Of a stretch of DNA of 15,920 nt, positions 7,017 through 15,920 are shown one piece after another. The position numbers were made by a program, and so were the translations under genes. How positions within the stretch are numbered: the stretch's first letter is position 1; each line of letters starts with the position of its first letter. The notes under the pieces were generated by a model. The model made no database searches. It was given only the letters and a program-made list of their open reading frames with translations, and was not told where the DNA came from. The stretch covers positions 1-15,920 of the forward strand of contig CBFFRP010000483.1 of assembly GCA_965644295.1 (NCBI GenBank), given 5' to 3'. Source of the DNA: Paraphysomonas bandaiensis (lineage: Eukaryota > Protista > Chrysophyceae).

Positions 7017-9326
7017 AGGGAAGGACTGGGAGGACAAAGCAATGACAGGTTATTTCATAGGGTATCCAGCTGATCGAAAAGGATACAAGGTGCTAGTGGG
7101 GGACACCGTAGTACACTCTGTACACGTATTATTTGATGAATCGGTACCTGAGAGGTCTCAGGATTATTATAGAGAGCTGGAGGAGGCTCAAGTGGCTATA
7201 GATCCCGAGGCTCGTCAACCGGGTGAGTTTGAGTATCTTATCGGAAAGCACCATGAGGATGGTGGTCTGCTATACAAGACTAACAGAGTGGTGATAAGGA
7301 AGGGACTTATTGTGGGATACCGGTCGTTGGTTACTGGTAACCAGGTTCAAGTGGAGGATAAAACTCCTATTCATATTGCTGACATCAAGAAGATGACAGA
7401 GGATCTTGCGCAGAGGGTGGTTAGGGCCAGAGTTACTGACAACCGTGACGGCGGTATCAGCGGAGTGGTGCCACAGCAGTCGGAAAGTGGGCAGGTGCAG
7501 CCCCAGGCTGACTCAGCATTACCTTCGGGGGAAGGGACCCCTGCCGAGAATCATCCGCACGGCAAACGCGCAAGAACTCCAAGGACGGTAACGAATGTGT
7601 CGGTGTTAGGACAAATCCATCATTTGAGTGATGAGAGTGATGTGAGTGACCTTTTACAGGAGGCAGACTCAGTGTGGATGTCAGCGGAAGAGTCGACAGT
7701 GCCTCAGACACATCGTGAGTCCTTGGAGAGTGCCGAGCACAGGGAGTGGAGACGAGCTCGCCGTGTAGAGCGAGAGGGTTTGGCGAAGCGAGATACTATG
7801 GAGGTGACTCGTATACCGGACGGAGTCGTCCCACTGCACTCCAAGTACGTCTATGGAAAGAAGTACGATAAGGAGGGAGAGGTCCGCCGATATAAGGCTC
7901 GTCTTGTAGCAATCGGTTGTGGACAGCAGTCGAGTGGTTGGGCGAACCATTTCGCACCCGTTGTTAAGGGGGTAACAGTGCGACTGTTAATCGCCATAGC
8001 TTTCGTGATGAACATGGTAATTCATCAACTGGATGTGTCTAACGCATTTCTATATGCAGATATAGAGGGGGACGTATATATGAAGGCAACTCCGGACTTT
8101 CAGCTGCCTGAGGGGTACTGCTTTAAGCTGAAGAAGTCGTTATACGGGCTTCGGAGTTCCCCGCGGTCGTGGTGGAAAACATTGGATAAATTCATACGAT
8201 CTATGCATTTTAAACCATGTGTATTAGACCCGTGTTTGTATTATCAGTATAAGGGCGATGAATTGATATTATTAACGATATATGTGGATGATATCCTAGT
8301 GTTAGGTCGTGATGTCAACATGGTGAAGGATATTAAAGCTCAACTGTGTGCCCGGTTTGATATGAAGGATATGGGCGAGATGGAACATTTTCTGAATGTT
8401 CGAGTCACAAGAGAACGCCAGAGTATATTCGTCTTGACCAATCAGTATATGCGGCTAAGATCTTAGAAAAGTTTGAAAAGTATCTTGGGCCACCGCGAAA
8501 GGTACGGAAGAGTCCTCTACCGGCGGAAGCAATGGATTTAGTGGCAAAAGGGGCGCGGCATGAGCATACCGAGGAGGAACAGCTTATAGTAGATAACTTC
8601 CCATATCGGCCGCTGATAGGTGCATTACTATATCTATCGATGAACACGAGGCCGGATATTGCCTATGCAGTGGGAGTACTGTCTCGGTTCAGTAATAAGG
8701 TGAATATTGAAGTATGCAAGCTATTAACACACGTATGGCAATATATTCGTGGTTCTGTTGACAAAGGGATTCAATATGGGAGTAGACGGTTCGACTTCCA
8801 TATGTTTACTGACGCGGATTGGGCGGGAGACCAGCTCTCCAGGAAGTCCACGTCGGGGTACGTTGGGTTTGCAGCGGGAGGGCCTATAGTCTGGCAGTCC
8901 AAACTGCAGACGACAGTGGCAACGACAAGCATGCAGTCTGAGTATCAGTGTATTTACTCGGGTCTCCAAGAAGTGCTATGGGTTCGGGGGGTGACGGGTG
9001 AGATTAAGTTGAGGCTCATCAAACCCACACCATTCTTCATCGACAGTCAGAGTGCCCAGGATTTGGCCGAAAACCCAGTGTTTCACAAGAAGTCGAAGCA
9101 CATTGAGATTAAGTATCACATGGTGAGAGAGCACGTGGATCCCAATCAGTTCAATACGATTAAGTTAGTGCATGTGCATACATCGCAACAAGCAGCAGAT
9201 ATTTATACAAAGTCATTGGTTGGATTATCATATATGGAGCAGAGAAAGAGAAATCTTGGAGAGAAAATTAAGAGTTCCACTGAAGTGATTAATGAGGGAC
9301 CAAGGGATAAAAGAAGACGCAAGTAG
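7006..9326 (+). pseudogene. pol: Copia pol remnant: post-integrase region, reverse transcriptase, RNase H; one frameshift at about 8411-8414
   Basis: GYFIGY/KGYKV/VLFDE; YKARLVA, QLDVSNAFL, LKKSLYGL, YVDDIL; TDADWAG, IDSQSA, KHIEIKYH, AADIYTK. Removing one GA from AAGAGAACG restores VTRTPEYIRLDQSVYAAKILEKF and joins ORFs 7006..8466 and 8532..9326. Confidence 0.92.
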
Positions 9327-9441
9327 GTACTGAGTTTTTTAGACAGAGGTTTAGACTTAGAGATGAGTCTATTTTACTGTCAAGAATTTTTTTATCTCAG
9401 GCATTCAATAGCTGGGAGGCGTCATAGTACAACACTCAATT

Positions 9442-9450
9442 GAGGGGGAG
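9442..9450 (+). promoter_or_regulatory. Polypurine tract GAGGGGGAG
   Basis: Immediately 5' of the TG that starts the 3' LTR. Confidence 0.9.
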
Positions 9451-9645
9451 TGTTGAGATCTGAAGATTCTATATACTTGCAATTGAGTGCAGTATTATGT
9501 GAGATGCAAGGATCGAAAGATATATATGTAATTAGTACATTATATTGTGTAGTATGAAACTGAAGTAGAAGTGGGTGACTATACAGGATACGATCACTGA
9601 GTGTGTGGTTTGTACACTATAGTAGTAAATGAATGGTGTTGAACA
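9451..9645 (+). repeat. 3' LTR (195 bp, TGTT...AACA)
   Basis: TG...CA ends with a short terminal inverted repeat, following the PPT. Confidence 0.93.
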
Positions 9646-9955
9646 CATCGTACACAACTTAGGTTCTTTATCATGTAATGTTTATAATTTCATCTTATCA
9701 GTTGAGAATAGTAAACCTTAGCAAATAATGTCAACTTCTGTTATGTTGAGTTTTGCCGCTTGTGAGCAATTGCAAGCTGTAGTTAGGTATTTAAATTATA
9801 ACTCAATGTATATCCTATTAGCTATAACTGTCAAACTGAAGTATTGTATCACGACTGTACCAGATACAGAAGTTAATCATTAGGGATAAAAAACAGGGAG
9901 ACAAGCCCTTTTTCTAACCCCAAATCACCCTTGACCACAACCTCCTCAAGCTCAT

Positions 9956-9999
9956 CATCGATAGCATTCCATCACATGAGGAGATGCTATCATCTTATA
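9956..9999 (+). repeat. Degenerate partial orphan copy of the 85-bp satellite unit
   Basis: CATCGATAGCATTCCATCACATGAGGAGATGCTATCATCTTATA versus the unit CATCGATAGCACTCCATCTATCTCATGAGGAGATGCTCTCATCTTATA. Confidence 0.85.
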
Positions 10000-10231
10000 T
10001 TGAAAGTCTTGTTATTTAGCAATAGGCGTTGAAAGCCTGCACCGATTTAGTAGCTAGATGAATGCTAGTCAACCTAGTTAGACCTCTACCCGTAACTAAC
10101 CAGTACAAACTCTATTATCCTACTATTTAGCGCTACAGAAGCTGCTTGTGCGTCGCCGCAAGCACCAAGGTGCAACCACTTCCGTTCTTTATGTTGTTTG
10201 TGAGTTTCGCCCTGCTCGTGTGTCTTAGGAC

Positions 10232-10935
10232 TCACTGGCGCGTGTTGTCCGGGGGTCTCCCCTTGGGATAAGGTTCCGCCAGGCTCTGAGGTACAGGGTT
10301 CTGCATTAAGGTCCTGAGTGTACCAAGCACTATATGTGTGTGCTGAGAGGTTGACGGTGTGGTGGTATGTGGCGTTGTCGCCGTGTACCGTCTGGGCGTT
10401 GGGCATAGGTGGAGTTGCCGAAGACTGCGTCGCCGCTGTCTAGGGCCTGATGGTTTCATGCGGTCCGGTGCTATGGTCCTATGTGTATGATTGGTGGGGT
10501 TCATATGTGCGGTGGGCGGCGTTCCAGTCTCGGTTCGTTTGTGGATTCCTAGTAATCTTAGCACCCTTGGGCGTTTCCATTTCTGTCTGTGTTTTGGACG
10601 CGGTCGCGGTAGTAGCCTTGGGGAACCTTTCTGTAGGGTAACGTACCGTCTACTTCGATCTTGGATCATTAGCTTTGCTGCAGCGAAAAGCGGTAGAAGT
10701 AATCTGATGACCGCTGATTCGATGCTGCGCAGTCCTTGGGGTGTCAGTGACTCATATGGATGTGATCTCCAAAAACCGTCTCGAGTTGTGTAGTTGTGAT
10801 GGTACCCGTCCAGAATCTCTCCACCTGTGGAACGGAAGGATTCCAGGCCCTGCTGGAGAGCCGCTGGAGTACAGTGGTGGTCCATTGGGGTAGTTCCGGA
10901 TTTCTCAGTTCTTCTTGAAGCGCGTTTTTGTGTGT
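10232..10935 (-). pseudogene. Frameshifted coding remnant, possibly the 3' end of a non-LTR retrotransposon ORF
   Basis: Protein-like stretch in ORF 10744..10962 (LQEELRNPELPQW...AWNPSVPQVERFWTG) appears to continue in the frame of ORF 10232..11047 (SLTPQGLRSIESAVIRLLLPLFAAAKLM...RPPD). No RT or endonuclease motif is visible. Confidence 0.3.
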
Positions 10936-10936
10936 T

Positions 10937-12688
10937 CTCGTCATATAGAACACAATGGACACGAGTCCTCATCACTCGCACCCCCATCGATAGCACTCCA
11001 TCTATCTCATGAGGAGATGCTCTCATCTTATAGAACACAATGGACACGAGTCCTCATCACTCGCACCCCCATCGATAGCACTCCATCTATCTCATGAGGA
11101 GATGCTCTCATCTTATAGAACACAATGGACACGAGTCCTCATCACTCGCACCCCCATCGATAGCACTCCATCTATCTCATGAGGAGATGCTCTCATCTTA
11201 TAGAACACAATGGACACGAGTCCTCATCACTCGCACCCCCATCGATAGCACTCCATCTATCTCATGAGGAGATGCTCTCATCTTATAGAACACAATGGAC
11301 ACGAGTCCTCATCACTCGCACCCCCATCGATAGCACTCCATCTATCTCATGAGGAGATGCTCTCATCTTATAGAACACAATGGACACGAGTCCTCATCAC
11401 TCGCACCCCCATCGATAGCACTCCATCTATCTCATGAGGAGATGCTCTCATCTTATAGAACACAATGGACACGAGTCCTCATCACTCGCACCCCCATCGA
11501 TAGCACTCCATCTATCTCATGAGGAGATGCTCTCATCTTATAGAACACAATGGACACGAGTCCTCATCACTCGCACCCCCATCGATAGCACTCCATCTAT
11601 CTCATGAGGAGATGCTCTCATCTTATAGAACACAATGGACACGAGTCCTCATCACTCGCACCCCCATCGATAGCACTCCATCTATCTCATGAGGAGATGC
11701 TCTCATCTTATAGAACACAATGGACACGAGTCCTCATCACTCGCACCCCCATCGATAGCACTCCATCTATCTCATGAGGAGATGCTCTCATCTTATAGAA
11801 CACAATGGACACGAGTCCTCATCACTCGCACCCCCATCGATAGCACTCCATCTATCTCATGAGGAGATGCTCTCATCTTATAGAACACAATGGACACGAG
11901 TCCTCATCACTCGCACCCCCATCGATAGCACTCCATCTATCTCATGAGGAGATGCTCTCATCTTATAGAACACAATGGACACGAGTCCTCATCACTCGCA
12001 CCCCCATCGATAGCACTCCATCTATCTCATGAGGAGATGCTCTCATCTTATAGAACACAATGGACACGAGTCCTCATCACTCGCACCCCCATCGATAGCA
12101 CTCCATCTATCTCATGAGGAGATGCTCTCATCTTATAGAACACAATGGACACGAGTCCTCATCACTCGCACCCCCATCGATAGCACTCCATCTATCTCAT
12201 GAGGAGATGCTCTCATCTTATAGAACACAATGGACACGAGTCCTCATCACTCGCACCCCCATCGATAGCACTCCATCTATCTCATGAACTACTCTCGTCA
12301 TATAGAACACAATGGACACGAGTCCTCATCACTCGCACCCCCATCGATAGCACTCCATCTATCTCATGAGGAGATGCTCTCATCTTATAGAACACAATGG
12401 ACACGAGTCCTCATCACTCGCACCCCCATCGATAGCACTCCATCTATCTCATGAACTACTCTCGTCATATAGAACACAATGGACACGAGTCCTCATCACT
12501 CGCACCCCCATCGATAGCACTCCATCTATCTCATGAGGAGATGCTCTCATCTTATAGAACACAATGGACACGAGTCCTCATCACTCGCACCCCCATCGAT
12601 AGCACTCCATCTATCTCATGAACTGCTCTCGTCATATAGAACACAATGGACACGAGTCCTCATCACTCGCACCCCCATCGATAGCACT
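10937..12688. repeat. 85-bp tandem satellite, about 20.6 units
   Basis: Unit TAGAACACAATGGACACGAGTCCTCATCACTCGCACCCCCATCGATAGCACTCCATCTATCTCATGAGGAGATGCTCTCATCTTA from 10946. Fifteen identical copies are followed by 82-bp variants at 12221, 12388 and 12555 alternating with 85-bp units. Confidence 0.97.
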
Positions 12689-13151
12689 GCACCCCATCCA
12701 CACAATCAGACACATTACTGAATCATCGTGCTCAAACTCCATGCGCATGAGATAGAAGACATCATTCTGATAATTATGCGGGTCTCTTCAGAGGGTTCAT
12801 ACAGGCATCAGTCCAGTCTACTTTTTCTGTCCTATGTTCGTATGAAAACCCCAGATTTTCATAAATAATACTGGTTTTATATCCTATATACTGCATGTTT
12901 CTACTATACAAACCAGTATCACTCGAGCCCTACAAGTCGTAAGTCGTATGGACTCCTGCTTCTCTGTCCAGTGGAGGACTTCCAAAAATGCAACATCCGA
13001 AAAAACAAAAAGGTGGAACAAATTTCTAAAATCCGGGCGTTTGTTCCGACGTGGACCTCCAAAAATGGATCAATTTGCACCGCAACATCGCCACTCAGAG
13101 CAGTGCCTTAAAGTATAGTGTACAATATATCAGAATAGTTTGGAAGCCAGC

Positions 13152-13755
13152 ATGCCTACGAAGAGCTCTACACCAAAAAAGAGGGAGGGACGAGGGCGGA
13201 CCTACACCCACCTGGAATTGGACACTCTGCTGTCTCTTGTAGAAGAGAGACTGCCTCTGGGCATGGGTAAGCATGTGCAATAACATCCTACATTATGTGA
13301 TTCATTATACTTCAGACGGATGGGAGGACCTGACGTTGGAGTACAATCGCCAACTCCCACTTGAGCTTTCACGGGACATGGAGTCCCTGAGAAATAAGTT
13401 CAAAGGTTTAAGAAACAAGAAAACGCCCACAGGTACTGCTGCTTTCAATCAATATATGTTATAAAAATAATGAATTATTTAAGGTGATCATACTCAACTC
13501 GACGAGTAGCCTCACTTCGTCATAAGGAGTTAGGAGACACATCTTTTATAAGATCCCTCATTGCACTCAGCACTCGACGAGCAGGATATTGTGACCAAGA
13601 ACTGAGCAGTATTGCAGCAGGGGGACCGGTTCCACCACCTGGTGGAAGCGTAATTATGAACAGTGGTTACAGTTCACGTGGTTCGTCCCCTCCACCCTCT
13701 TTCTTGGGTACAAAACGCCAAAAGATAGACTTCTTCATTGATACTCTTGGAAGTA
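13152..13755 (+). pseudogene. Spliced Myb/SANT-like (DUF6818-type) DNA-binding protein remnant, possibly transposon-derived
   Basis: Exons 13152-13266, 13316-13432 and 13484- give MPTKSSTPKKREGRGRTYTHLELDTLLSLVEERLPLGMDGWEDLTLEYNRQLPLELSRDMESLRNKFKGLRNKKTPTGD, then a premature TAG at about 13507. KRQKIDFFID occurs near 13715. Family assigned by motif recall. Confidence 0.65.
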
Positions 13756-14003
13756 TAAGTTACCTTCTGTTGTTAAGTTTGTCAAGATATGACACAATTG
13801 GATAATTTACTAAGTTAACTGGACTTGTATTCACTCATGAATCAAGTTAAGATAAGAGAAGATTATAATAAATATAATAAACAATATATCACGTTATCTT
13901 TACTACCACTCATTTCTAGTACGATCTTATATCGTCATTATCTTCTTGTATCATTGGTCAATATATATTCAGTTCTCATTACTTCTCATAATACAGTTAA
14001 CCA

Positions 14004-14530
14004 CTACTGTACTCTCCAGTAACCGTCATAATTCCAATATCTTAGAATTACAGAGATAAAAGAACCCACCGGAACGTCTTCAGTATCCAACTCCTTTCCC
14101 AAAACTTCCTGAGAAACTGAATATACAACACCAGTCCATATGTGAAGATTAGCTCCCGTCTCATCACGGCCAATGGCAAACAAATTGTCCCCAATAGATG
14201 CCCTCGCCACTGACTCTTCACTCACGTTAATGAAGCATGTCAACTTTAGGTCAGGATAAGCAGACGCATTCAATATTCCAATGTCGACATACGCATGCTG
14301 TAATTCTTCGCTTTCAAAATGTCCAGCTGAGGCGTTAAGACATACTTCACTCCTTCATCTAGTGCACCAAACACAGTGACAGAATTCTTCAACTTCATAA
14401 CACAAGAAGGCGACATTTTGGAGACAGATTTGTTTACAGACAGATGAGTTTCGTCTCTCATTAATGAGGAAAGCTCAACAGCCACCGCTTCTACTATAGA
14501 AGCATCTGTAGAAGCATCTGAAGGCCGCAT
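14004..14530 (-). pseudogene. Frameshifted coding remnant, weakly trypsin-like serine protease-like
   Basis: Two abutting ORFs. Upstream extension gives HAYVDIGIL...SIGDNLFAIG...WTGVV, loosely like D-I-A-I-L...G-x-x-V-x-A-I-G...G-x-V. No catalytic His or GxSG motif is seen. Confidence 0.3.
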
Positions 14531-14612
14531 GAGAGCATCTATAGCTAAAAGGCCTATCTAGCTATAGATGCTCTCACACGGCGTCCAGACGCTTCTACAG
14601 ATGCTTCTATAG
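14494..14612. repeat. Long inverted repeat, 54-bp arms (49/54 matched), 11-nt loop
   Basis: 14494-14547 is the reverse complement of 14559-14612 with 5 mismatches. Confidence 0.92.
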
Positions 14613-15202
14613 ATGCTCTCATAGACTTCTATTCATCTCAACATTATTCAAATTTGTTTGATTCTTCCATCTCTGAAATCAGTTGCCGGTAGCTAGTATA
14701 CCGTATAGGCAGGCTACACACCTACAGCAGTGTTGAGCGTATCGGCAGTCAGCATCTTATTATTCGGAAATAAATTGAAGCAAAAATCTTCTATAGTACC
14801 TACATACAACTACAGCTGGAATACAGATAATTGTTGTCTCAATATTAGAGGCATTTTTGAACAAAAATACACAAAGGTTGCCAATGAAGGTCCGCTTTAC
14901 GAACACTGCTGGTCAAACAGAACGGTAGTATGGTATGTGTATTTCTGTGTATACTTGTATATGGTGCTGTATGGTGAACTGCCATATGGACTGTGTGTGT
15001 ATGTCAACTAACGTTCATCTCTAGATGTTGCTTTAAACTGTCAATAGTGCCATGAAACAAGATGATCTCTACACCAGAAGTCGATATCTATCTACTTGAC
15101 CGTCATATTCTCATCAACCCCTCACTCCACTAATGCGATGCCTGTTCAGAGTCTCACAGACCCCCCTCACGTACATACGACACTAACATAGACGTGTGCC
15201 AG

Positions 15203-15920
15203 TCAATGATCTTCTGCCGTTTGCTCCATTGCTTTCCGTTTACGCTCATTCCTCTGGCGGCCCTTCATGTAATTGTAGAGTGTCGTATTGACATTTCTCC
15301 GATGCGCATATCATCGAGAAGAGCGAGCGGGACTAGCAGCCGCGAATATACTCATACAAAAAGGTATAAAAACTTTGCTGAATAACGCATCTCGTTGTCG
15401 TGGTAGTAGTTTATTAATGTCCTCTGCTGCTCCGATCTCGTTCATCTCAATGGCTTTGGAGACTAGTGTGTTCATAATACACGAACATTTACTCCAATTT
15501 ACCCGGCCAGTTCTAGATAAATCGAAGCCTTTGATTCTTCTGTAGGGCAAGATATTTCTATGAGCTTCTCCCCCCCACCATAGATCCCACAACATTTTGA
15601 CGTGACCTTTCGGAAAACAAAAGCCCTCTGGAAATAAATGATGGCGCCCTCCCCAAAACTGCAATGCAGCGTTCTCTCGTGATGTGGATTGCTCTTCTTG
15701 TGTAGGAATTCGCTCTGCATTCTGTGATGTACATCTTGTTCTAATTTCTGCTAAAAGTGAATCACATAAACTGTCGAGGTGGGCACTTGTTACAGGCACC
15801 GCGCCATTAACCGTAAAATTATCTAGCATTTTCTGACTTAATGAATCCGGTAAAGTAGTATTCATTTCTTTCATATCACTAGATAAGCTCCCAACAGTTT
15901 TTCCAACGACGAAAAACGAT
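15203..15920 (-). mobile_element. C-terminal part of a Crypton-like (tyrosine recombinase transposon) protein, 5'-partial, degenerate at its end
   Basis: Frame is open from the right edge. The pattern FWGGRHHLFPEGFCFP...LWDLWWGG...ILPYRRI...D resembles the C-terminal domain I recall from stramenopile Cryptons. The tail LDDMRIGEMS / TTLYNYMK is split across frames. The recombinase domain itself is outside the window. Confidence 0.6.

Larger units (their letters stand above)
6828..9645 (+). mobile_element. Ty1/copia LTR retrotransposon, internally deleted (no PBS, gag, protease or integrase core), non-autonomous
   Basis: Direct LTR repeats, polypurine tract, and copia-type RT and RNase H motifs in copia order. 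Confidence 0.95.

Noticed and set aside
7006-7025. Copia deletion as a retro-copied spliced RNA
   Set aside because: The junction TGGTGT/AGGGAAG keeps the GT and AG instead of removing them, and loss of the PBS would prevent reverse transcription.
4593-8969. Short antisense or alternate-frame ORFs overlapping the kinase and pol
   Set aside because: Shadow ORFs with no recognisable motifs.
1936-9326. Diversity-generating retroelement (variable repeats plus nearby RT)
   Set aside because: The RT is an ordinary copia enzyme within LTRs and no template repeat is present. Variant codons such as AGG and TGG versus GAT and TCT recur as fixed alleles instead of random adenine-specific changes.
10946-12688. 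Hammerhead ribozyme or C/D snoRNA in the satellite (minus strand GTGATGA-GGAC-TCGT-GTCC)
   Set aside because: It resembles CUGAUGA plus stem II but lacks the conserved C and the GAAA after the stem. There is also no CUGA box D in the unit.
10946-12688. Satellite as a CRISPR array or coding repeat
   Set aside because: Units are identical with no spacers, and the 85-bp period is not a multiple of 3, so reading frames hit stops.
14730-15720. Short ORFs 14730..15011, 15194..15385, 15288..15545 and 15499..15720
   Set aside because: No motifs; mostly non-ATG starts or shadows of the Crypton-like frame.

Overview
Eukaryotic genomic DNA, probably a stramenopile protist (inferred from short GT-AG introns and Crypton- and Myb/SANT-type remnants). 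From left to right: (1) An AT-rich, intron-less, virus-like gene cluster (1-~1155) with a repeated upstream motif. (2) A spliced + strand gene that the ORF track mostly misses. It has seven 99-nt phase-0 exons that each encode exactly one ankyrin repeat, separated by near-identical introns carrying a variable-number 20-bp minisatellite. An ankyrin cap, a SAM domain, a protein kinase, a coiled coil and a hydrophobic C-terminal domain follow (model about 990 aa, 5' end not found). The ankyrin exons differ almost only at the target-binding positions and reuse a small set of codon alleles in shuffled combinations, like a natural DARPin library on a signalling kinase. This is the most interesting feature. 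(3) An internally deleted Ty1/copia element with identical LTRs. (4) An 85-bp satellite array with an orphan copy about 0.95 kb upstream, flanking a decayed ORF. (5) Decayed Myb/SANT-like, possible protease-like and Crypton-like remnants, plus a 54-bp-arm hairpin.
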